A DNA stretch of 38,374 nt from an uncultured archaeon (GCA_963787445.1 CAWBCT010000014.1:1-38374), one strand, 5' to 3'. Numbered from the stretch's first letter, positions 10,180-19,797 are shown. A program made the numbers and translations. The notes: generated from the letters alone by a model not told the origin.

Positions 10180-10305
10180 CCTACCACAACCATTACCTGT
10201 TGGGTTTTCAGATATTTAAGGCTATTTATCTTTTTACGTCGTAGAACCTGCTTTCAGATGATAGTTATTCAGACTCTCAATTAATATTTTGTTTTGCACA
10301 GGAAT

Positions 10306-10862
10306 TTATCGTCTATTTTCTCCTGACTTTTGCCAGGAATTCCTCAATCGCGATGGTGGATTCGTATCCGAACGAGGACCTGACCTCGGAAGCCCCGGGA
10401 TGGAAGGTGGGATCGTAGCCGTTTTCGGGAACAAAAACCTCTCCCGTCAGGCTGTCGATGCCCACCCGCCTGGGTTCCTTAAGGTAGGGTGCATCCTTGG
10501 CGGAAGGTCCTGGTTAGCAGCGTAAACCCCTCTGTCGCAGTAGTGCCCCTCAGCAGGTCGCTAATCAGCTTCTTATTGACCCAGTCGCACGAACCTCCGT
10601 ACAGGGTTATCTCCCGCGTACCCCAGAATTTTGCCTTTGACAAGACCCTGTCCACGTATTTTGAGGGTTCGACGTGGGCCAGGAAAGCGAGCCTTTCCTG
10701 CCGGTTGTAGCCAAGCACTGCAACACAGCCGGAGAGCTCGCTCGTGATAAGATATCGTGAGCTGGGAATCTCTGCTGAACCAATGGCGTAGGCAGCCTGG
10801 GGCACGTATATGGTTTGCGTTGGCTCTATCCGTCTGGATTTGGCCTCGAGCATTCTGATCAT
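10306..10862 (-). CDS. CheD/YfiH-like Cys-His hydrolase (deamidase-like), frameshifted near 10500
   Basis: LITSELSGCVAVLGYN...AFLAHV and LYGG motifs; RRVGIDSLTGEVFV appears in another frame after the stop at 10479. Confidence 0.5.
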
Positions 10863-10943
10863 CTTCCCACACCGCTACCAGTGAGGATTTTCAGATATTT
10901 AAGTCTTAAAGTGACTAAAAAAAGGACAAGGATAAAAATAAGG

Positions 10944-10961
10944 GGCTGGATTGCTCCAGCC
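10944..10961 (-). terminator. Hairpin terminator candidate downstream of the zinc-ribbon gene
   Basis: GGCTGGA-GCAA-TCCAGCC 7-bp stem followed by T-rich tract on the minus strand. Confidence 0.6.
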
Positions 10962-10971
10962 AAAGTGAAAA

Positions 10972-11112
10972 TTACTTTCCGCCTATCTTGAACATCTTGG
11001 TTCCGCACTTGGGGCAGGTACCGGTCATAGCCTTTCGGCCATTCTTCATGGTAACTTCCTTCGCGCCCTTCATCTCCTGCTTCGCCTTGCATTTAACACA
11101 ATATGCTTCCAT
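10972..11112 (-). CDS. 46-aa zinc-ribbon protein (DUF5679-like); absent from the ORF track
   Basis: MEAYCVKCKAKQEMKGAKEVTMKNGRKAMTGTCPKCGTKMFKIGGK; GGAG RBS and TTTATAAA box upstream. Confidence 0.85.
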   Translation of the reverse strand: MEAYCVKCKAKQEMKGAKEVTMKNGRKAMTGTCPKCGTKMFKIGGK

Positions 11113-11194
11113 GTTATCTCCAAATATACATTAATCATGCCTATTTATAAAGTCTTGGTAGGATCAGGGGAGTAGACGTCGGAACAGAGACGGT

Positions 11195-11554
11195 TTATTT
11201 GGAACCGCCATCGGTCTTCTTTCGGACATAATACAACATAGCCAAAGATCCGCCCAACCCCACAACAGCCAAACTGGCCGCATAGGGGGCTTCCTTGTCA
11301 AATTCGCCGGACGCCATGCCTTTTCCGTCTGCCTTGGCAGATGGTGCAAGAGTGAGAAATGCGGCTGCGACTAGCGGAACCCCTGCCTGTCTTAGGCCCC
11401 GTCCTACCGTCTTCAGCCAGTCCCTTCTCGTTAGTCTCTCCCCGAGCTTCTGGGCAGGCGTACTGGCCGCGCTGGCCCTGGCCCTTCCGGCCCTTAGCAA
11501 CCTGATAAACTGTGAAGGTTGTTCTGTCCTTGTGTTCTTTGTTGCTGTTTCCAT
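11195..11554 (-). CDS. Small exported/membrane protein
   Basis: TRRDWLK twin-arginine-like motif, AxA cleavage-like site (SAKA-D), C-terminal TM helix plus RKK. Confidence 0.55.
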   Translation of the reverse strand: METATKNTRTEQPSQFIRLLRAGRARASAASTPAQKLGERLTRRDWLKTVGRGLRQAGVPLVAAAFLTLAPSAKADGKGMASGEFDKEAPYAASLAVVGLGGSLAMLYYVRKKTDGGSK

Positions 11555-11623
11555 AAATTCATCTCCTTGATGGGATTAGGCTTTACAGATATATAGCGGT
11601 TCCTACGGCTATCCTAGGATTAC

Positions 11624-12040
11624 TCATCTACGGAGCAGGGACCTGTGGTTTTCCGGGACCCTCCTTGAAGAGGTGGTTACGCCTGCGTAGGCCTTCTCCA
11701 GAAGGGCCTGCGCCTTTGCTGTGCCGTCCCCGTAATGCTCCAGGCGCATCTCACCCTTGTTGTATAAGACAGCGCCCTGCTCAGGCGAGTGCATCCTAAG
11801 ACTAGGAATCAGGGAAAGCTCATCGCGGACCCTGTGGCAGATGTCCGTATGCGAGTCTCTTGAGCCGTTTGGACCGAATCTTATTATCTCCCTGGCTTCG
11901 TTCCTGTCCTGCAACAGCAAGACAATGAACATCATCGAGGTTCCGGGCCTGAGCGCGTACTCACCATCGGCCGGCACGCTCTGTACCTGGCCCAATGAGG
12001 TTGGCTTAATGCCATTAAAAAGTTGCTTGTGGCTTATCAT
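11624..12040 (-). CDS. Hypothetical protein
   Basis: 138-aa ORF co-oriented with neighbours. Confidence 0.45.
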   Translation of the reverse strand: MISHKQLFNGIKPTSLGQVQSVPADGEYALRPGTSMMFIVLLLQDRNEAREIIRFGPNGSRDSHTDICHRVRDELSLIPSLRMHSPEQGAVLYNKGEMRLEHYGDGTAKAQALLEKAYAGVTTSSRRVPENHRSLLRR

Positions 12041-12066
12041 GACTATCGGCCTGCCTGGAGTCTTGG

Positions 12067-12441
12067 CTAGCCCCGCTTTGCCCTTTCGAACACTGCGGAA
12101 TCAAGTTTCTTCTCTCCGTGTTGTCGCAGCGCCGCCTTGACGAACATGGCAGGAGGCTCTATTGCTATCGCCGCAAGCGCAAAGTAAAAGCTATTCACAG
12201 CGGCATCCGGATTCCCGCAGGCAGCCTCGCCAGCCGAGCGGCCCAGGGCATAGAGCCCGAAACCGACGCTGGTCCAGTTGATGGCTTTTTCAGCCGCAGT
12301 AAACGTGACGGCCCCGTAACCCCTGGTTATCCCCTCCCAGTGCCCCTGAGCAGCTCTTCGCAGCGCACCGGTGAGTGCGGCAAAGGAGAGGCTGACCTTT
12401 GGTTCGGCGGTTTCAAGCGGCACTATGGTTCTCGATCTCAT
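12067..12441 (-). CDS. Hypothetical membrane protein
   Basis: Start at MRSRTIV inferred from promoter motif at 12464-12479; hydrophobic segments. Confidence 0.55.
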   Translation of the reverse strand: MRSRTIVPLETAEPKVSLSFAALTGALRRAAQGHWEGITRGYGAVTFTAAEKAINWTSVGFGLYALGRSAGEAACGNPDAAVNSFYFALAAIAIEPPAMFVKAALRQHGEKKLDSAVFERAKRG

Positions 12442-12523
12442 TTCAATACCAGTATTATTGCCTGTTTTCAGATATATACGCATTCCCCTAGCTGTTGGAT
12501 GGATAACGAACCGATGCCAGGGC

Positions 12524-13003
12524 TCAGGCTTCCGGGAGATCCACCGGCTTCCACTCCTCGTCCCTGACCCAGCGCTCCAGTGCCAGCTCGGAGATCTTGC
12601 GCTCCCTCCGCAGCTCCTTGAGCTGGCAGACCAGCCCCGACGACCCGAGCAGCCCCATCCCGGCCAGGTAGGCAACGCCGGTAAGGACCACTGTTTCAGC
12701 ATTTATCGGCTCCGTGAGAAAAAGTTTTGCCGCCAGGTGGCCGGTCATGCAGACGGAGGCGCCGATCATGGTCCAGCCAGAACTGAGAAATCCAAGTCTT
12801 ATCACGTCCTGGGTGTGGCCGAAGGTCGAGTCGAAGGGCAGGTTAAACTGCCTGATTATCTCTTCGCGCGCGAGCCCCGTCCTTTTGACGGTTGCCCTGT
12901 AATGATCCACCATCAGGAGGTGATCGACCGGATTATCCAGCTGGCGGTACATGATGAGGTTGCCCGCCACGGACAAGGCGGTCCTCTTAATTTTCTGCTT
13001 CAC
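12524..13003 (-). CDS. Hypothetical membrane protein (2 TM)
   Basis: GTGA start/stop overlap with upstream gene; hydrophobic hairpin then charged tail. Confidence 0.55.
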   Translation of the reverse strand: MKQKIKRTALSVAGNLIMYRQLDNPVDHLLMVDHYRATVKRTGLAREEIIRQFNLPFDSTFGHTQDVIRLGFLSSGWTMIGASVCMTGHLAAKLFLTEPINAETVVLTGVAYLAGMGLLGSSGLVCQLKELRRERKISELALERWVRDEEWKPVDLPEA

Positions 13004-13362
13004 CCTCTTCCCCTCAGAGTCTCCGCCACGGTTTTCTCCAGCGCTTTCTGGAACCGGATGGACCTCTGCTCATCGCCGCTCCTCTCCCGGTCGGCAATGT
13101 ACTGCTCGGTCTGCCGGTTGCGCGCAAGCTCCTTGAAGTGTATCATCGCATGGCCGGAGAGGAGGGCTACAAAACTGGCGCCGGCGAAGTAGGCTGCATG
13201 CTTAGGATCGTGCCTTAGCAGGTTGGCAACTCCGATCGCGCCGCCCGATGCAAAAAGCGCGTAGGTGGTCAGCTGCACCACCAGCCTCCCGCTGCTGTGC
13301 TCGTTGTCGGTTACGCCGGTGGCCTCAAACCTGTTCTGCGGGGTGTATCTTGTCTTTGCCAT
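13000..13362 (-). CDS. Hypothetical membrane protein (2 TM)
   Basis: AGGT RBS; hydrophobic hairpin then charged tail. Confidence 0.6.
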   Translation of the reverse strand: MAKTRYTPQNRFEATGVTDNEHSSGRLVVQLTTYALFASGGAIGVANLLRHDPKHAAYFAGASFVALLSGHAMIHFKELARNRQTEQYIADRERSGDEQRSIRFQKALEKTVAETLRGRG

Positions 13363-13376
13363 GAGGGATTACCTAA

Positions 13377-13793
13377 CTAATTGTGAGCACCATACTGGTT
13401 GGGAGGTGCACTCCTGACCAGTTCAGCGAACTCATCAGCTGCAAGATCTGATATTTCCAATACTTGCCTCCTGGTGAAGAGTGCTTCGCCTGTTGGTGCT
13501 GTTTTTATAGCACCGCCTGCTACAATATTAAAGTTCTTTTCAGCTAGCATGAGCTTTTCCTCTAGGCTAGCTACGTATTCCGGGTTGTCGTTTCTGAGTA
13601 ATATCTCAAGTTGGAGTGCGAATTTTATTCTGAAATGATACTTTAGCTTGACAGCCCACATTGCGGAAACTTCCTTCCTGGTTAACGCTCCGTTTGCGAC
13701 ATAAGTTGAACTGAATATGCTTGCACCTAGAATGTCTCCTTGCTTGAAGCATTCATGTATGTCCTTCCTAAGCGATTGTTTTTTTATTTGCAT
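13377..13793 (-). CDS. Hypothetical protein
   Basis: First gene of a three-gene run; promoter motif at 13822-13837. Confidence 0.55.
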   Translation of the reverse strand: MQIKKQSLRKDIHECFKQGDILGASIFSSTYVANGALTRKEVSAMWAVKLKYHFRIKFALQLEILLRNDNPEYVASLEEKLMLAEKNFNIVAGGAIKTAPTGEALFTRRQVLEISDLAADEFAELVRSAPPNQYGAHN

Positions 13794-13939
13794 AGCCCAG
13801 CAACTGAACTAATTGCTGTCGTATCAGATATTTATGCATATTGTGTGGCGGGTTTGACGCAGGCGGGATAGGGTCAAAATGCAGCCATCAACAAGGAATT
13901 TATAGACAAGGTTCCAAAGGAATTCAGAAAGTGTGTGCG

Positions 13940-14635
13940 ATGCCGGCAATATACAAGGGCAAAAACCCGTACGTCTCGGTGGTGATACCGACCCTGAACG
14001 AGGAGGGAAACATAGGCATGGTGATAAAGGGCGTCAGGCAGGCGATGGACTCGTTCAGCTACGAGATCATCGTTGTTGACGGCTACTCGGAGGACAGGAC
14101 GGCGGAGCTGGCGGCAAAGATGGGGGCGAGGATAGTTTATGATAGGAAAGGAAAGGGATCGGCGCTCCGGAAGGGGTTCAAGGCGGCGCGCGGAAAGATA
14201 ATCATCTCGATGGACGCAGACCTCTCCAATGAGCCGAGGGAGCTGAGGCTGCTCATAGACAGCATCGAGATAGGGTATGACATAGCGATGGGGTCGCGGT
14301 TCATAACCGGCGGGGGGACAGAGGACATGCCGTTCCTGAGGAGAGTCGGCAACAAGTTCTTCGTCTTCCTGGTCAATGTTCTTTTCTCGGCCAACTACAG
14401 CGACATGTGCTACGGCTATCGCAGCTTCAGGAGGAACATAATCGGGAGCCTGGGCCTGGTGGAGGATGGTTTCGGGATAGAGACGGAGATAAACGTCAAG
14501 GCGGCAAAGCGCAGGCTGAAGGTCATCGAGATTCCGAGCAACGAGAAGAGGAGGGAGTATGGAAGCGGAAAGCTGCGCACGTTCAGCGACGGATACGTGA
14601 TATTGAGCACGATACTCAGGAACGCTGTAGGATAG
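13940..14635 (+). CDS. Glycosyltransferase family 2 (polyprenol-phosphate mannosyltransferase-like)
   Basis: SVVIPTLNEE, IIVVDGYSEDRT, GKGSALRKG, MDADL, GSRF motifs. Confidence 0.93.
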   Translation: MPAIYKGKNPYVSVVIPTLNEEGNIGMVIKGVRQAMDSFSYEIIVVDGYSEDRTAELAAKMGARIVYDRKGKGSALRKGFKAARGKIIISMDADLSNEPRELRLLIDSIEIGYDIAMGSRFITGGGTEDMPFLRRVGNKFFVFLVNVLFSANYSDMCYGYRSFRRNIIGSLGLVEDGFGIETEINVKAAKRRLKVIEIPSNEKRREYGSGKLRTFSDGYVILSTILRNAVG

Positions 14636-15368
14636 GGATGCTGAGCTCCTCGCCCTTCTTCCTCGCCTCTTCCAAAAGCACTGCAACAACCTCATCAATG
14701 CGCCTGTTCTTCTCCTTCATCAGCGCCGCCATTCCAGAGTTTTTTGAGCTGAAGTGGTTAACGGTAAGGCTGAGCGTTAACTCTCCCCTGTCTTCAGAGT
14801 ATACAAACTCTATCTGCTTTGCAAAGCTCGGGAAGTTATCCAACTTCAGGCGGGCGAGATGATTATTTAGCGCCTTCAGGCTCACCCTCTCGCTGCCGTT
14901 TACAGAGCAGATCACTCTTGTATTAGAATTTGTCTCCACCGGAATTTTGCTAGGCCATATCGAGCCCTTACTTCTAGGAGAGTCCGTAGGTGTTTGGGCA
15001 GAATCGGATGCCTTGGTTCCATTGCCTATTCCTCGAGAAGCGTTCATTTCGGATCTCCTTCTTGCATCCACAACCTGCGCCGAATTGCCCAGGCTCTCAG
15101 CTGTTCTCACCGTTTTCGTGACTATCTCCCTCGACACCTGGATGGAAGCGGAGGCGGAGCTTTGGACGGGAGCGGTGACCGCCATTGAGTTTGTAATCAC
15201 AGTCCTAATTGTGCTTAGTGCAAAGCCGGACCTTTCAAGGCTGATGTTGTTTATTTTATGTTTGCCGTGAAGATCGTGAAGAAGGGCAGAAAGATCCTTC
15301 AGCGCGGAGAGTCCCTGTTCTGCCGTGATGGTTTTGGGCACTGTGATTCCTTTCGTTCGGGTTTGCAT
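14616..15368 (-). CDS. Hypothetical protein
   Basis: 250-aa ORF with promoter motif at 15396-15408. Confidence 0.55.
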   Translation of the reverse strand: MQTRTKGITVPKTITAEQGLSALKDLSALLHDLHGKHKINNISLERSGFALSTIRTVITNSMAVTAPVQSSASASIQVSREIVTKTVRTAESLGNSAQVVDARRRSEMNASRGIGNGTKASDSAQTPTDSPRSKGSIWPSKIPVETNSNTRVICSVNGSERVSLKALNNHLARLKLDNFPSFAKQIEFVYSEDRGELTLSLTVNHFSSKNSGMAALMKEKNRRIDEVVAVLLEEARKKGEELSIPILQRS

Positions 15369-15709
15369 GAATATTACTCATAAAGACATTCCATGCCAGA
15401 TATATATGCAAAGCGGTGGCCGGAATTGTTACTGTCGACGCAATTTAAGCCCACAACTCTTAAATATCAGTAAATTTATCGTTATCACGATTGGATGCAA
15501 AAGATACCAGGGGTTAGAGCCCAAAGAGAAGGTGCGAGGCGCGCAATTTATGCTCTCGAAAAGAATACAGATAGATTGGGTACTATTTTAAGATACGGGA
15601 CTAATGGAGTTTTTCGGGATCCTGAATTGGCAAGAATCATTAAAACTTCAAGGAGACTAGAGAGAGTTGGGAAAAGGGCGGAGAACCTTGCTGTCCAGAA
15701 TGCCAGAAG

Positions 15710-16933
15710 TTAATCGTCCTGGATGCACATCTGGGCAAAGACCTTTGTGTCGTCGAACAAATTCTTGAGTATGCAGTACTCGTTCGGCTCGTGGGCGACC
15801 TCCACATGGGTTGACCAGACTGCGGCCTGGAATCCCTTCTTTCGGAACAGGGCTGCGCAGGTGCCGCCGCCTATTCCCACAATCATTGGTTTTATGTCCC
15901 TGCACGTTTTAAGCACGGATGAAAGGACGGTTACGACTTCTGAATCAGACCTGGTGTAGGGCGCAGAATCCTCCCTGTTGAAGACTTCCACATCTATCTT
16001 TACGTCCTTGTATGCGCTGCCGCTTGCGACCTTCTTTATGTCATTAAGAACTTCATCAAGCGTGTACTGGGGCAGGACCCGGCAGTCGAAGTAAAGGACC
16101 TCTGTGCCCGGCATGATGTTGACGCTGTCGACGTTCTTCTCGTGCCTGGTCATCTCAAAGGTTGATTTTTGCACTTCGAAGAGGGAGTTTTTCTCGGAGT
16201 ATCTTCGGTGCAGGTACTCATCTATGTCTAAAACCAGTCTTGATGCGTAGCGATAGGCATTTACGCCATGGTCTGGAACGCTTGCATGCACCTGCTTCCC
16301 TTTCACGGTTATCTTAACCCAGAGAATCCCCTTTTCAGCAACCTCAATCACATCCCCTTTCTTGTTTCCAGAGTCTGGGACCAGGAGCAGATCCTCTTTT
16401 GAGAAAATATCCTCATTCAGTACTTTGCAGATCCCGTATCTGCTTCCCAACTCCTCATCGGCCACAAGTGCGATGCCAATGTTGTACTTTAACCTAAGCC
16501 CTGACTCCTTCAGTGCCTTCATGGCATAAATTGCAGAAATTACTCCCTGGCCGTTGTCCGAGCTCCCACGCCCATAGATCCTGTCTTCCTTGACCACGGC
16601 TTTGTACGGATCGGTCTTCCAAAGCGACAGGTCGCCTTCAGAAACCGTGTCGGTGTGGGCGATTATCCAGACGGTCTTCTTGCACTCCCCGTACTTTGCC
16701 ACCAGGTTGGGGCGGACAAAGCCATTCGAGTCCCTATAGTCATAACGCTTCACATCCTTTGTAATCTTGCTTACCACAGACTCCAGGTACTCGACGCGCT
16801 TGAGCTCGCCTTCGCCGCCCGATTCAGGAGAGACGGATTTTATTCCTATCATCCTTGAAAAGGTCTCCAGGGCCTCTGGTTCGAGGCGGCCTATCTTCTC
16901 GTCTAAAATTGGGTTAACTGCCATTAAACGCAC
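15710..16933 (-). CDS. M20 family metallopeptidase (DapE/ArgE-like)
   Basis: AHTDTV, YGRGSSDNG, ADEELGS, GKQVHAS, GGGT, AHEPNE motifs. Confidence 0.92.
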   Translation of the reverse strand: MRLMAVNPILDEKIGRLEPEALETFSRMIGIKSVSPESGGEGELKRVEYLESVVSKITKDVKRYDYRDSNGFVRPNLVAKYGECKKTVWIIAHTDTVSEGDLSLWKTDPYKAVVKEDRIYGRGSSDNGQGVISAIYAMKALKESGLRLKYNIGIALVADEELGSRYGICKVLNEDIFSKEDLLLVPDSGNKKGDVIEVAEKGILWVKITVKGKQVHASVPDHGVNAYRYASRLVLDIDEYLHRRYSEKNSLFEVQKSTFEMTRHEKNVDSVNIMPGTEVLYFDCRVLPQYTLDEVLNDIKKVASGSAYKDVKIDVEVFNREDSAPYTRSDSEVVTVLSSVLKTCRDIKPMIVGIGGGTCAALFRKKGFQAAVWSTHVEVAHEPNEYCILKNLFDDTKVFAQMCIQDD

Positions 16934-17007
16934 ATCCCTTCAGGAGGATAAGTCTATTATTTGTGCCTATTATTTATTAGTATTGTGCAAGAAAGTAGTG
17001 CGTTTAC

Positions 17008-18870
17008 ATGAACCCTGCAAAAGAGGAGTTTATCCTTCTGCTCAAGGAGGCGATAGCCAAAAGCCTCACCACCATCACTGTCGAAGAGGACGAGCTGGCC
17101 TACTCCGTTTCACTCTCCTACGGCGCCGAGTGGGACATAAGCTCCTCCATCGCCCTGAGGCTCGCCCGGAAGGCGGGCGCGCAGCCGGCGGCCCTCGCAG
17201 ATGCGATCGCAAAGCAGATGAGGGCGGGAGAGCTGGTCTCCGGTGTGAGAACGGTAAACGGCTACATAAATGCGGTGATAGACGAGAAGGGCCTCGCATC
17301 CTCGGTTATAGGGCAGGTCATAGATCGGAAGGTGTTTTACGGAGCTTCCAAAGTGGGGGCAGGCAGGAAGGTGATAATAGAGTTCCCGAGCGTGAACCCG
17401 AACAAGCCTTGGCACATCGGCCACCTTCGAAACGCTCTGCTCGGGGACTCGATCTCGAAAATTTACTCATCCTGCGGGTATGCGGTAGAGAAGGAGGACT
17501 ACATAGACGACCTGGGCCTGCAGATGGCCGAGATACTCTGGGGCATAAACAACCTGGACCGGAAGCCCGACAAGAAGTACGATCAGTTTCTGGGGGAACT
17601 TTACGTTGAGATTAACAAAAAACTCAAGGAGCCGGGCGTCGAGGACTCGATAAATGCGACGCTTAAGCAGATGGAGGACCCGGCCAGCCCCGAACTTAAA
17701 AGCGTGCGCGCGATAGCGCAGAAGAGCGTCCTTGCGCAGTACCAGACCGCGTTCGAGTACGGGGTATACCATGATGTGCTGATCTGGGAGAGCGACATCG
17801 TCCGGGTGCACCTCCTCGAGCGCGCAATGAAGATGCTTGCGGAGGGCAACATAACCTCCAGGCCGGCCAACGGGAAGTATGCGGGCTGCATAGTGTTCAA
17901 CCTCAAGGAGTCGGACTCGGAGGAGGAGCAGGAGGCGAAGGTGCTGATAAGGAGCAACGGGGTGGCGACGTACCTGGCAAAGGACATCGCCTTCCACCTG
18001 TGGAAGCTCGGGCTGATCGACTCAGCCTTCAGGTACAGCAAGTTCGTGGAGCAGCCGGATCACAGCCTGGCCTACACCTCCTCAATCGACGGCGAGGAGA
18101 GACCGTTCGGAGGAGCGGCGATCGCAATAAACGTGATCGGGGCGGCGCAGGCAGCGCCGCAGGCGATGCTCAAGAGCATACTCACCTTAGTGGCAGGGAT
18201 CAAGCAGGACTCGCTTATCCATCTTTCCTACGGGGAGGTGGGGCTTGCGTCGGGCTCGCTCAGCGGGAGGGGCGGAGGGTGGATGGGAGAGGCCAGGAAC
18301 TACACGGCGGATGACCTGCTGAGGGAGCTCCAGTCGGCTGCGCTGAGGATCGTGACGGAAAGCAAGAAGGCGGAATCCGGTCAGGATGCCGAAGAGATAG
18401 CGAAGAAGGTCGCGATCGCAGCGATAAAGTTCGAGTTCCTGAAGATAGAGCCGATAAAGAAGGTCACGTTCGACTGGGAGAGGGCGCTTGACTTCAACGC
18501 GAACAGCGGGCCCTACTGCATGTACATGTACGCAAGGGCGTCAAGGATACTTGAGAGGAGCGAAGCGACAGCCATAGCCATAAGCGACTCCGACATCTCC
18601 CACATGGGGAGGGCGCAGGACCTCACGCTGATAAAGAAACTTTCTGAGTGCCCTGACATGATCGAGAAGGCGTGCAGGGAGCTAAAGCCGAACGTCATAG
18701 CCGACTACGCGCTCGACCTGGCAATCTCGTTCGGCAAGTTCTACGAGCACATGGACGTGATAAAGTCGGGTGATGCGGTAAACCTCAGGCTGGCAATTGT
18801 TTGGGCCACGCGACAAGCAATATATAACATGTTGAACCTATTAGGTATCGAAACTTCTGAAAGAATGTGA
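17008..18870 (+). CDS. argS: Arginine--tRNA ligase
   Basis: EFPSVNPNKPWHIGHLRN (HIGH), DDLGLQ, GPYCMYMYARA, DALR-type C-terminus ending ERM. Confidence 0.97.
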   Translation: MNPAKEEFILLLKEAIAKSLTTITVEEDELAYSVSLSYGAEWDISSSIALRLARKAGAQPAALADAIAKQMRAGELVSGVRTVNGYINAVIDEKGLASSVIGQVIDRKVFYGASKVGAGRKVIIEFPSVNPNKPWHIGHLRNALLGDSISKIYSSCGYAVEKEDYIDDLGLQMAEILWGINNLDRKPDKKYDQFLGELYVEINKKLKEPGVEDSINATLKQMEDPASPELKSVRAIAQKSVLAQYQTAFEYGVYHDVLIWESDIVRVHLLERAMKMLAEGNITSRPANGKYAGCIVFNLKESDSEEEQEAKVLIRSNGVATYLAKDIAFHLWKLGLIDSAFRYSKFVEQPDHSLAYTSSIDGEERPFGGAAIAINVIGAAQAAPQAMLKSILTLVAGIKQDSLIHLSYGEVGLASGSLSGRGGGWMGEARNYTADDLLRELQSAALRIVTESKKAESGQDAEEIAKKVAIAAIKFEFLKIEPIKKVTFDWERALDFNANSGPYCMYMYARASRILERSEATAIAISDSDISHMGRAQDLTLIKKLSECPDMIEKACRELKPNVIADYALDLAISFGKFYEHMDVIKSGDAVNLRLAIVWATRQAIYNMLNLLGIETSERM

Positions 18871-18871
18871 T

Positions 18872-18946
18872 GGGTCCGTAGCTCAGCTTGGATAGAGCGA
18901 TGCCGTCCTAAGGCAAAGGCCGCGGGTTCAAATCCCGCCGGACCCG
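18872..18946 (+). tRNA. tRNA-Arg(CCT)
   Basis: Acceptor GGGTCCG/CGGACCC, D arm GCTC/GAGC, anticodon loop GTCCTAA, T arm GCGGG-TTCAAAT-CCCGC. Confidence 0.92.
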
Positions 18947-18970
18947 TAATTATTCTGTAATTTTTACGTT

Positions 18971-19237
18971 TTAGCAACTTTTGTCCCAGGCCCTGAACAA
19001 CTTGCAGGCCACACGCCATGCTTTTCTGTGCACGAGTCTGTTTTTTGCCTTGCACGCCTTGCATTCGTCCTGCATCTTGAATATCTCCTGTTCGGTGCTT
19101 GGTTTTCCAGTTTTAACATTCCATGTCATGGCATTGTGTTTTTTACAAAGAGTCCAAACCATCAACGAGTCTTCAAGCGCCAAGAGCTCGCTGTCGCTCA
19201 CGGTTACTGTGATTTTATGATCTTTCTGCGTCCCCAT
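18971..19237 (-). CDS. Small hypothetical protein, possible metal binding (CxxH, CxxC)
   Basis: 88-aa ORF 5 bp downstream of the DUF2283-like gene. Confidence 0.55.
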   Translation of the reverse strand: MGTQKDHKITVTVSDSELLALEDSLMVWTLCKKHNAMTWNVKTGKPSTEQEIFKMQDECKACKAKNRLVHRKAWRVACKLFRAWDKSC

Positions 19238-19242
19238 TTAAC

Positions 19243-19458
19243 TTAATTAGTCGCAATGGCAAGCTGCTTTTTCTTTCCGGTTATGGCACCGACGATTTTC
19301 ATGGCGGTTTTACGGGCGTCAAGTATTTCGATCTCAAGAGGTTTGCCTTTCTTGTCATAGTGCGTTATGATATTCTGCTTTTGCTCACCAAAGTCGAGTT
19401 TGCCTCTCCCTAGGACTAGCACAAGTATGTCAGTTTTCCTGTCGTATTTATATATCAT
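19243..19458 (-). CDS. DUF2283-like protein (putative antitoxin partner)
   Basis: YKYDRKTDILVL...IITHYDKKGKPLEIEILDA pattern. Confidence 0.8.
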   Translation of the reverse strand: MIYKYDRKTDILVLVLGRGKLDFGEQKQNIITHYDKKGKPLEIEILDARKTAMKIVGAITGKKKQLAIATN

Positions 19459-19684
19459 ATCTTACACTTCTTGCCTTATATGTAGTAATTACTACGATAA
19501 GATTTTTATGCTCTTCTACAATAACTCGCAACACGTGGCCATTAAGCCTTTTCTGGTAAATCCGTCGCTCACTATAACCTTTGGTTACGTTATCGGGCTT
19601 TACAATGGCATCATCAACCATTCTCCTGTCAATTTGGTACTTCCTCATCCGCTCCAGAGCATGACCGGTAAATTCTAACTGCAT
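19448..19684 (-). CDS. DUF4258-like protein (RelE-like putative toxin)
   Basis: FTGHALERM...LRVIVE...VVITTY pattern; overlaps partner gene. Confidence 0.8.
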   Translation of the reverse strand: MQLEFTGHALERMRKYQIDRRMVDDAIVKPDNVTKGYSERRIYQKRLNGHVLRVIVEEHKNLIVVITTYKARSVRYDI

Positions 19685-19734
19685 GCCTTTATAACGCGGT
19701 CAAAACTTAAAAACTGAGCGGTGCTATGTTTTTT

Positions 19735-19797
19735 AGCTTTGGTAGGGCGATGCCGTCCTAGGGCAAAGGCCGCGGGTTCAAATCCCGCCGGACCCGT
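19735..19797 (+). repeat. att-like duplicate of tRNA-Arg 3' part
   Basis: 59/63 identical to 18885-18947; lacks the 5' acceptor strand. Confidence 0.92.

Larger units (their letters stand above)
18947..19797. mobile_element. 850-bp islet integrated at tRNA-Arg
   Basis: Bounded by a direct repeat of the tRNA 3' portion; lower GC than argS; three small minus-strand genes. Confidence 0.75.

Noticed and set aside
19735-19797. Second functional tRNA-Arg or split-tRNA half
   Set aside because: Lacks the 5' acceptor strand, has D-arm mismatches and is explained as an att duplication
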